Shown here: in pieces, positions 56,924-64,000 of the stretch
Position numbering within the stretch: the stretch's first letter is position 1
How the letters are laid out: each line of letters starts with the position of its first letter
Assembly: GCA_017992005.1 (NCBI GenBank)
Contig: JAGOPO010000002.1
Location: forward strand, 1,611-65,610
Direction of reading: 5' to 3'
Source: Minisyncoccota bacterium
GTDB taxonomy: Bacteria; Patescibacteriota; Minisyncoccia; 2-02-FULL-40-12; GWA2-44-9
Length of the DNA: 64,000 nt
The notes under the pieces: generated by a model
The model's input: the letters and a program-made list of their open reading frames with translations, nothing else
Databases searched by the model: none
Told to the model about the DNA's origin: nothing
Program-made: the position numbers and the translations under genes

Positions 56924-58231
56924 TCAAATAGCGTATCGATCTCGTAAATATTCGCGAAGAGACTGCAGCGCAACTCGTGATTGCTCTTTTGTATCCCGGT
57001 CTCGAACGGTGACCGTCGAATCTTCGAGGGTCTGAAAATCAATCGTGATGCACGCTGGCGTGCCAATTTCGTCTTGTGAGAGGTACCGCTTACCGATGTT
57101 GCCTCGCTCATCCCACACAGCAGCAAAGTCCGATCGCATCATGGTAAAAATCTCCCTCGCCTTCGCGACTAGTTCTGGCTTGTTCTTCAACAGCGGAAAC
57201 ACAGCAACCTTGTAGGGCGCAAGCGCGGGCTTGAGATGGAGCACGGTTCGCTCGGGGTCAGAATCATCAAAGGCATTCGATAGCACCGCTAAAAACGTCC
57301 TATCAATACCAAATGTAGGCTCAATCACGTGCGGGATGTAGTGCTTCTTTTCACCCTCATCAAAATACTCAAGCTTCTTGCCTGATGCATCCTGATGACG
57401 CGACAAATCATAATCCGTACGATACGCGATTGCCCACAACTCATCTTGTCCAAACGGAAACTGATACTCGATATCAATGGTGCGCTTTGAATAAAATGCG
57501 CGCTCGCCATCGGGAATTTCGTGATTCACAAACTGCGATCGTGGCAATCCGATGCGATCCGCAAATCCGTACATATACTCGAGCCATGAAGAAAAGTGAG
57601 TACTCCAGTCTGCGTCGGGCGACAGAAAGAATTCAATCTCCCCTTGTTCAAACTCAAGCGTACGGAAGATAAAATTTCCCGTGGTTATCTCATTGCGAAA
57701 TGCTTTTCCGATTTGTCCGATACCAAATGGCATTTTTTTATTACCCGAATCGAGAACGTTTTTGAAATTCGCAAAAATCGACTGTGCTGTTTCGGGTCGA
57801 AGGTACACCGTGAGGCCATCTTCCTTGATAGCTCCGACGGTCGTCTCAAACATACCACTAAACATCTTCACTTCAGTGAATTCACCACCACAATCCGGAC
57901 ACTTGGAAGCATCCGCGAGCTTATCGGGACGAAAACGATGGTGGCACTTCTTGCACTCCACGAGCGGATCCTTGAAATTCTGAACGTGACCGCTCGCCTC
58001 CCAAATTTTGGGACTCATAAGAATACCGCCGTCGATACCCGTCATATCTTCTCGTTGGTGCACGAAATACTGCCACCAGAGCTGCTTCAAGTTATTTTTC
58101 AGCTCAACACCCATGGGACCATAATCAAACGTGCTAGCGAGTCCGCCATAAATCTCAGATCCGGGGAATACAAAACCTCGCCGTTTAGCAAGCGAAATTA
58201 TCTTCTCCATGCGATTGTCTTCCGGTGTCAT
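56924..58231 (-). CDS. glyQS: glycyl-tRNA synthetase (single-chain alpha2 type)
   Basis: ISLAKRRGFVFPGSEIYGG N-terminus and class II core. The start may be the internal MEKIISL at 58210. Confidence 0.9.
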   Translation of the reverse strand: MTPEDNRMEKIISLAKRRGFVFPGSEIYGGLASTFDYGPMGVELKNNLKQLWWQYFVHQREDMTGIDGGILMSPKIWEASGHVQNFKDPLVECKKCHHRFRPDKLADASKCPDCGGEFTEVKMFSGMFETTVGAIKEDGLTVYLRPETAQSIFANFKNVLDSGNKKMPFGIGQIGKAFRNEITTGNFIFRTLEFEQGEIEFFLSPDADWSTHFSSWLEYMYGFADRIGLPRSQFVNHEIPDGERAFYSKRTIDIEYQFPFGQDELWAIAYRTDYDLSRHQDASGKKLEYFDEGEKKHYIPHVIEPTFGIDRTFLAVLSNAFDDSDPERTVLHLKPALAPYKVAVFPLLKNKPELVAKAREIFTMMRSDFAAVWDERGNIGKRYLSQDEIGTPACITIDFQTLEDSTVTVRDRDTKEQSRVALQSLREYLRDRYAI

Positions 58232-58345
58232 AGCGAGGCAATCATAGCGTATCCTTCTTGAATATTCCAGATGCTCGATGCCTATTGACGATATATATAT
58301 TGCATGAGATAATATATTTCACTCTTTAACAACGAAAGGGGCCCT

Positions 58346-60133
58346 ATGTCGAAATCTCGCACATTTCTTCGCGATTTCTGCGGTCCATACGTACGACCAA
58401 TGATTGCTGTGCTGGCGCTCTTGGCGCTCCAGCAGTCCGTGAATCTGTTCATCCCCTGGGTGCAGGGTCGCATCTTCGATGCAATCCTGACCGGTGGTAC
58501 CAGAGCTCACATCTACACGCTCATCGCGCTAACAGGCGTCGTCCTCATCATCGTGAACGTTATCGAAACGATTCGATGGAAGTACGCGGCCTATCAGCTC
58601 ACCAATCCATTTGTTCGCCACATCGCACGCGTCAGTATGGAGCGGCTTCTCTCGCTTTCGATTGGACAGCATGTCAGTGAGCACAGCGGGATCAAGCAGA
58701 GTGTTATCAGTAACGGCCAGAACGCATTGCGAGCCGTTCTCGATATCATACTCTACGAGCTCCTCCCACTCGTTATGGAGCTTGGAGTTGTCATCGTTTT
58801 ACTTCTCATGTATCGCTGGGAGCTTGGCGTGACGCTCTTGATTGGCTCAATCATCTATGGCGTATGGGCGCATCGAATGAATCGCATCATTCATCCATTT
58901 CTGGCGGAGCAAGAAGTCCTCAGAAATCATGAAAATAAGTTTCGAGGAGAAATTCTACGCAATTCCGAGCTTGTCCTCCAGAGCGCTCAAGAAGAGCGCG
59001 CCATACAAGAGTCTGACACGAGCATGGAATTAGTACAACGCGGACTTCGCGGTATATGGGTTCCATACGTAAACGAGGCGACGATACGCGAAAATGCACT
59101 CATCGCTACTCGAATAGCGATACTCATCATTGGCGTCCGCTTAACACAAACAGGCGCATGCACCGCAGGTGCACTTGTCACCTACTGGATGTGGGCAATT
59201 AGCGCACTGAGTCGCGTGGGACGCATTGGGCCCGTTACTCGCACCGTCATGGAGCATATGGCATCCATTGATAAGTTCTATCACCTGATGACCACGGAAC
59301 CTGACATCGTTGACGCGATTCGACCGAATCGGCCGCAACGCTATCAAGGAGACATCACGTTTGAACACGTGACGCTCCACTACCATCGACGTGACAGCAA
59401 GGAATCTCAACAACCCGCCGATGAAACCAAGCACGCAAGTCTCAACGATGTAAGTTTCCACATTCCTGCGGGAGGCAAAATTGCGCTTGTTGGAGAATCT
59501 GGGGCGGGCAAAAGTAGCATTGTCTACACACTCCTGCGCTCACAAGATCCCAACAGCGGTCGCATTCTCATTGATGGGTTCGACCTCAAACGCGAGCTTG
59601 ATCATCGTCATCTGCGTTCGCGCATCGGATTCGTACCACAGCACACATTCCTGTTCGATAAGAGTTTGCGTGATAACATCACGTACGGCTTACCACTCGA
59701 AGAAGAGCGGAAAGTAACCGATGAAGATCTACGGCGTGTTATTCATATGGCGCGCATCGACCGCTTCGTAAGTCGCATGGAGTGCGGCCTTGATACGCTC
59801 ATCGGTGAACGCGGCGTGAAGCTGTCAGGAGGAGAGCGTCAACGCGTCGGCATCGCACGAGCGCTCATTCGAGATCCGGATATTCTCATCTTCGACGAAG
59901 CGACAAGCTCGCTTGATCCGAGAAATGAATTTGAGATTCAAGAAGAGCTTGATGCGGCGAGCGTCGGTCGCACCACCATCATCATCGCTCATCGCTACTC
60001 GACCATTCGCAATGTCGACTCGATCATTGTCATGGATCGAGGATCAATTGCGGGTCGCGGTACGCACGACGAGCTCATGATGACGTGTGATGCGTATCGT
60101 ACGCTCATCCAGCACCAGCAAGCTGGATTGTAA
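58346..60133 (+). CDS. ABC exporter, fused permease/ATPase (MsbA/MdlB-like)
   Basis: 595 aa. Six N-terminal TM helices, Walker A GESGAGKSS, signature LSGGERQRVGIARAL, Walker B ILIFDEATSSLD. Confidence 0.85.
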   Translation: MSKSRTFLRDFCGPYVRPMIAVLALLALQQSVNLFIPWVQGRIFDAILTGGTRAHIYTLIALTGVVLIIVNVIETIRWKYAAYQLTNPFVRHIARVSMERLLSLSIGQHVSEHSGIKQSVISNGQNALRAVLDIILYELLPLVMELGVVIVLLLMYRWELGVTLLIGSIIYGVWAHRMNRIIHPFLAEQEVLRNHENKFRGEILRNSELVLQSAQEERAIQESDTSMELVQRGLRGIWVPYVNEATIRENALIATRIAILIIGVRLTQTGACTAGALVTYWMWAISALSRVGRIGPVTRTVMEHMASIDKFYHLMTTEPDIVDAIRPNRPQRYQGDITFEHVTLHYHRRDSKESQQPADETKHASLNDVSFHIPAGGKIALVGESGAGKSSIVYTLLRSQDPNSGRILIDGFDLKRELDHRHLRSRIGFVPQHTFLFDKSLRDNITYGLPLEEERKVTDEDLRRVIHMARIDRFVSRMECGLDTLIGERGVKLSGGERQRVGIARALIRDPDILIFDEATSSLDPRNEFEIQEELDAASVGRTTIIIAHRYSTIRNVDSIIVMDRGSIAGRGTHDELMMTCDAYRTLIQHQQAGL

Positions 60134-60140
60134 GTACCAG

Positions 60141-60172
60141 AGGAGAGCACCGCGCTCTCCTCTTTTTTATTG
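60141..60172 (+). terminator. Rho-independent terminator after the ABC exporter
   Basis: gaggagagc-accgc-gctctcctc followed by UUUUUUAUU. Confidence 0.75.
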
Positions 60173-61996
60173 CACCACTCCCTCTCCCGCATGTCCTTCG
60201 ATATTCGTTGTTGTCACGTCTCGCGCTGATGACTGCACGGGTTGCTGGGTAAATCCATCTACGCCATTGAGTGCGGCTCCGGATACCAACTTTGGCGCTT
60301 GCCCGATTAGATTACTAGAAGGCGTAAGTCCGACCTGAAAGGTTGCCTCGTATCGCGGCGCCCCACTACCCGTGCCATAGGGTACCGTGCCAACATTCCA
60401 CGTTATGGTTTTCGTTTTTGCATCAAATGCTGGCGCTGCCCCTTGCACAGACTGTGCATTGCCCTTAAAAGCAATACCCGGAGGTAGCGTGGCGCTTACC
60501 ACGCCTGAGCGAATATCATTGCCGGGGTTAGTAATCTGCCAACGTACGGTCATGATAGTCTCCGATCCAACCAGTGGCGGCAACGGACCAGACCCGAATG
60601 GAGCATCATACAGAACAGATTGCGTGAATGACGGCTGAGAGCCAATCTTCGTTGAAACGCTATCGAGCGCGAACACCTCTTCACTATCAATTCCCGATGG
60701 GACATTATTGGTACTCAAGCGGGCGGTCGCTTTGACGACAAAACTCTGCGCTCCGCCCGATAATCCTGCCTTGAGCGGAATTGTAAATTCAAATTTTCCA
60801 CGCTTACTCGGGGCAAGCGCTCCAAAGTCTGAAACACCAGCAGCATCAAACGTAATCGTACGAGTTGCATCACTATATGACCCCCGCGTAGACTGCAGTT
60901 TTGTTGTATCAAACATTTCACCGTCGAGCTTCACGCTGAGTGCTAATCCAAGAAGAGTAAAACGGGAATTATTTGCATACGTAACAATATAGCGAAGCGT
61001 GTCCCCCGGAAACGCAACATACTCAACACCCGACGATGGTGCGATCGAAACTGAAATCAGCGGACTCGAGATCACGGTAAATGCTTCGGTACGAGCATAG
61101 TCCACATACTGCCCATTAAGATTGCGCCGGACCGATGCAGTTACCGTTTTGGTTTCACCCTCATTCCCAGAAAGCACCCCCGTAATAGTGTACCGTTTTC
61201 CTTGATTTACGGTGAGCGAAGAAATGTCCCACACATTTGAATCCGTTGATGCTTCGGGTCGCACCGACTGCACCGAGAAACCCTCAGGATAGGTTAAGGC
61301 AAGCTTCATATCCATTGCATCGGCGTCAGTATTATTTCGAACATCAACAACATACTGAATCGGCTGGCCGGAGACTGTTGTAGGAGGCGCAACGAGCGTG
61401 ACCTCTACTGGAAGAGAGCCGATCATCGTAGCAACTGTTACCTCTTTTTGGAACGAAGATCGCAGTGTTCCTGCGCTGAAAATCATGTTCAGGCGCGCCG
61501 TACGAATAACCCCCTTGTCCCCCACAATAAAGACTTTTACGTCACGTGTTCCTGTCTCTCCCGGTGCGAGCGCATCAACGGTAAACCCCTCACTCTCAGG
61601 AGTCGTTGGCATTCCATCCACCATTACAATTGAATCTTGCGGGTAAAATAATCGAAAGTTGATTTTCGAAAGGGTCAACCGCGTATTGTTGGTGTAGTGA
61701 ATTGTATAGGTCGCCTCATCCCCCGACTTTACGGATGCAGGAGCTTCGATAGTGAGCGTGATATCTTTTTCTGCAAATGAGCTACCACCCCACCACAATG
61801 CTGCCACCGTAAAAATCAATAGGCTACCGGCGGTCGCCACAAGCATCTTGAGGAGCTTCTTTGATGTGCGCTGCATAGATGGTGGTACTTCGGGAGTGTG
61901 GGAATTTGGAGCACTCGACTCAGATGGCACGGCAGGACTAGGCGTCACACGAGGTGGCGGAGTAATAACGGGCGATATCTCAAAATCAAACGGCAT
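60167..61996 (-). CDS. cell-surface protein with tandem DUF11/CARDB-like Ig-fold repeats
   Basis: 609 aa. Pro-rich N-terminus, a TM/signal anchor (LLKMLVATAGSLLIFTVAALWWG), then at least 4 repeats of the type GDxxxYxIxxxNNx...L. The start may be the internal MQRTSKK. Confidence 0.7.
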   Translation of the reverse strand: MPFDFEISPVITPPPRVTPSPAVPSESSAPNSHTPEVPPSMQRTSKKLLKMLVATAGSLLIFTVAALWWGGSSFAEKDITLTIEAPASVKSGDEATYTIHYTNNTRLTLSKINFRLFYPQDSIVMVDGMPTTPESEGFTVDALAPGETGTRDVKVFIVGDKGVIRTARLNMIFSAGTLRSSFQKEVTVATMIGSLPVEVTLVAPPTTVSGQPIQYVVDVRNNTDADAMDMKLALTYPEGFSVQSVRPEASTDSNVWDISSLTVNQGKRYTITGVLSGNEGETKTVTASVRRNLNGQYVDYARTEAFTVISSPLISVSIAPSSGVEYVAFPGDTLRYIVTYANNSRFTLLGLALSVKLDGEMFDTTKLQSTRGSYSDATRTITFDAAGVSDFGALAPSKRGKFEFTIPLKAGLSGGAQSFVVKATARLSTNNVPSGIDSEEVFALDSVSTKIGSQPSFTQSVLYDAPFGSGPLPPLVGSETIMTVRWQITNPGNDIRSGVVSATLPPGIAFKGNAQSVQGAAPAFDAKTKTITWNVGTVPYGTGSGAPRYEATFQVGLTPSSNLIGQAPKLVSGAALNGVDGFTQQPVQSSARDVTTTNIEGHAGEGVVQ

Positions 61997-62010
61997 ACGC
62001 GGTTATTCTA

Positions 62011-62580
62011 TCATGAAGCCGACGTCGCCACCACGTCGTAGAGGACATCAATGGCCGATAGTCTGCGTTGCGCAATGGCCTCAAATTTCTCATCCAACGC
62101 CGAGCGTGCCCATCGCGACAGCATCTCCCCGGAACCTGCAACCCCATATCCCAGCGCTTGCAAAAAGCGCTCCTGCCCTCGACGATAGAGTGCAAGCACA
62201 GTCTCCGGAGAAGAGCGATCAAGGCTCTGGAGAATTTCTTGGAGCGTGCCCCATAACTCTTCATCTGCTTGCGCCTCGAAGACCATAAGATCCACCGCCT
62301 GCAAAAAGACCTGAGCGACACTCCAGGTGCGAGGACTTTGCTTGGCAAGACCAAGCGATGAAAGCGCCTGAGTCCCCGTCATGATATAACCGCTCTTGCC
62401 ATCGACGAGCTCGCATTGAATATGGCTTGCGTCATCAAGCGCTAGCGCCTGCTTACTATGACGCTGAAGCGAGCCTTTCGCAATTGCCGTTATCTTGCCG
62501 AGCTCACGACTATAGAGCACGACCAATTGATCGTGCTCGCGAATCGCCTGCTTTCGAATGACGATGGCTTCAATGTGCAC
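62011..62580 (-). CDS. recO: DNA repair protein RecO (short form)
   Basis: 189 aa. N-terminal OB-fold region typical of RecO; the zinc-binding C-terminus is short or absent. Confidence 0.65.
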   Translation of the reverse strand: MHIEAIVIRKQAIREHDQLVVLYSRELGKITAIAKGSLQRHSKQALALDDASHIQCELVDGKSGYIMTGTQALSSLGLAKQSPRTWSVAQVFLQAVDLMVFEAQADEELWGTLQEILQSLDRSSPETVLALYRRGQERFLQALGYGVAGSGEMLSRWARSALDEKFEAIAQRRLSAIDVLYDVVATSAS

Positions 62581-62585
62581 GAATA

Positions 62586-63038
62586 TTATTTATAAAAAAC
62601 CGTACGTTCGCGTGCGTCATCGTGCGCAGGATCTCCCGATGGATTGTCTTTTTTCAAAATCAATGCTCCTCGGTTACTCACTGAAGTATCGGGAGTAAAC
62701 TCAATCGTTCCCTCAAATGGGACCCAATCAGTTGTCATCCACTCATCAGTAGCTGTTACATGCGACTCGGCAATAATTCTTCCATCCCAATCCGTGAGTA
62801 TGATAGGAAATGAAGCCTCAAAAAACCATGTGCCCCGTGCACGGCCCGTGATCTTAAGGGGCGATGATATAGACTCACCTTCACGAGGACTATCGAGAAC
62901 TACTTGTGAATCCGATCCCTGTATAAATGGAGACGTCGGCACTTTATCGAGCGCTACTGGGCGATACACAAGCAACCGCCAGCAAGCAAGTGCCGAAAAC
63001 ACTACGAGCAGAACCAGCGCTGTGTGTTTGATCCTCAT
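62586..63038 (-). CDS. secreted/anchored protein with Gmad2-like immunoglobulin-like domain
   Basis: 150 aa. N-terminal TM/signal, then VLDSPREGESISSPLKITGRARGTWFFEASFPIIL...DWVPFEGTIEF. Confidence 0.5.
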   Translation of the reverse strand: MRIKHTALVLLVVFSALACWRLLVYRPVALDKVPTSPFIQGSDSQVVLDSPREGESISSPLKITGRARGTWFFEASFPIILTDWDGRIIAESHVTATDEWMTTDWVPFEGTIEFTPDTSVSNRGALILKKDNPSGDPAHDDARERTVFYK

Positions 63039-63046
63039 TGCGAGTA

Positions 63047-63355
63047 TTACTCAATTTCCCCGCCTGCTTTCTGCCAGTCAGAAAGACCTCCGATATTTAC
63101 CACCTCACCAAACCCATGTGCGAGGAGGATGTCCTTTGCCTCCTCGGCGCGAACACCACCGGCGCAATATACATACACTTTCTGATCGAGCGGAATATCA
63201 GGGATATCATCAGAGCGGAGACGAGAAATCGGCCAATGGATCGCTCCTTCAGCGCGGACATCATTCCATTCATCTTCGCCTCGAACATCAATGAGAGCAG
63301 CCGCTCCCGACGCAACATCATGCACTGCTTGCTGAACCTCGTGTGGATCGTTCAT
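63047..63355 (-). CDS. single-domain rhodanese (sulfurtransferase)
   Basis: 102 aa. Active-site loop CAGGVRA. Confidence 0.8.
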   Translation of the reverse strand: MNDPHEVQQAVHDVASGAAALIDVRGEDEWNDVRAEGAIHWPISRLRSDDIPDIPLDQKVYVYCAGGVRAEEAKDILLAHGFGEVVNIGGLSDWQKAGGEIE

Positions 63356-63373
63356 TGAAATATGATTAGACTA

Positions 63374-63931
63374 CTACCTTTTTGCGAGTATTCGCCCGGG
63401 TCTCCATGGAGTACCTAAGAGGGGCAACGCCCAACGGTCTATACCATAGTATCCAGCAACTTTCCATGCCATGACCAGTCCCAGCGACAATACGCCAAGT
63501 ATGGGGTTCACACTAACGGTGCCCGCGAGAAGAAAATTCAGATTCATAAATGCACCAAAGAACGCAGCAATTCCCGTGAAAAGCCCCACCATTAAGCCGA
63601 GACCCACCGCAAATTCACCCCAGGCGATGACGTGACTCCATATTGCTACATGGGGCATCACCGTGCCCTGCAAGAAAGCCGCGTACCACGATTGCACGTC
63701 AGGGTGTGGCCCGCCAACCTTTGAAAGCGCCCCCTGAATGAATCCGGCGAGTGCTCCGCCCGCAGAATCACCAACCCATGCCGCAGAATGGAGCTTCCCC
63801 CAACCAGACTCAACCCATGCCCAACCGACATACAATCGAATAAGCAACCAAACCATTGCCATCTTGGTATTCGCGAACACAAACAATGCAACGGGAGGAT
63901 CTGAAAAAGTAATATGCGAGTTTTGTTTCAT
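63374..63931 (-). CDS. DoxX-family membrane protein
   Basis: 185 aa. 4 TM helices. Trp/Gly-rich, as is typical of DoxX. Confidence 0.6.
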   Translation of the reverse strand: MKQNSHITFSDPPVALFVFANTKMAMVWLLIRLYVGWAWVESGWGKLHSAAWVGDSAGGALAGFIQGALSKVGGPHPDVQSWYAAFLQGTVMPHVAIWSHVIAWGEFAVGLGLMVGLFTGIAAFFGAFMNLNFLLAGTVSVNPILGVLSLGLVMAWKVAGYYGIDRWALPLLGTPWRPGRILAKR

Positions 63932-64000
63932 ATCAGCAGTATACGCTTCACGACTCGGAAATCAGAGCTCATCTGTGGATGAATAGCTTCGGGTCGACAA

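Noticed and set aside
1-64000. CRISPR array, DGR or retron, transposase or integrase
   Set aside because: I scanned for regularly spaced direct repeats and for reverse-transcriptase, transposase or integrase-like ORFs on both strands and found none. The only repeats are the tRNA-associated ones reported above.

Overview
This window is a dense, mostly minus-strand stretch of a small-genome bacterium with mid-range GC (judged by eye, not computed). Its gene content and architecture look like Patescibacteria/CPR, but that lineage call is inference only. The evidence for it: a single-chain alpha2-type GlyRS, a ThrRS lacking the N-terminal TGS domain, a short RecO, very small overlapping housekeeping genes, large DUF11-repeat surface proteins and many orphan hypotheticals.

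Most of the window is conserved housekeeping:
- Cell division: ftsE, ftsX and an FtsB-like gene.
- Translation and aminoacylation: a prfB-like release factor, lepA, rpsP, rpmF, rplK, thrS, pheS, pheT, glyQS, gatB, miaA, tsaC.
- Transcription and RNA processing: nusB, nusG, rnc, rnhA.
- DNA replication, repair and partition: dnaE, gyrB, topA, dprA, recO, parA, parB.
- Metabolism and other: pgk, tpiA, galT, folD, tmk, relA, secE.

Five tRNAs were found by eye (Gln-CUG, Thr-CGU, Gly-CCC, Leu-CAA, Asp-GUC). An RNase P RNA (rnpB) is absent from the ORF track but recognisable from its conserved P4 motifs.

The things most worth a second look:
1. A co-directional module of four uncharacterised, highly charged coiled-coil/low-complexity proteins, including a 953-aa giant, sitting between rnhA and rnpB.
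2. A release factor 2 homolog that lacks N-terminal domain 1 and sits directly downstream of two tRNAs.
3. A low-GC islet next to tRNA-Asp. It holds an inverted partial copy of the tRNA 3' end and a gene for an ANT(2'')/Lnu(A)-like nucleotidyltransferase.
4. A 19-nt direct duplication of the tRNA-Leu 3' end flanking a highly structured 150-nt spacer, which looks like an att-site scar.
5. Two G8/C8 homopolymer tracts associated with small AT-rich or orphan ORFs, which are candidates for phase variation.
6. Unusually long perfect hairpins, with no U-tract, abutting the 3' ends of three tRNAs.

No CRISPR array, reverse transcriptase, transposase or integrase ORF was seen. All calls come from reading the sequence and the ORF translations; no searches were run.
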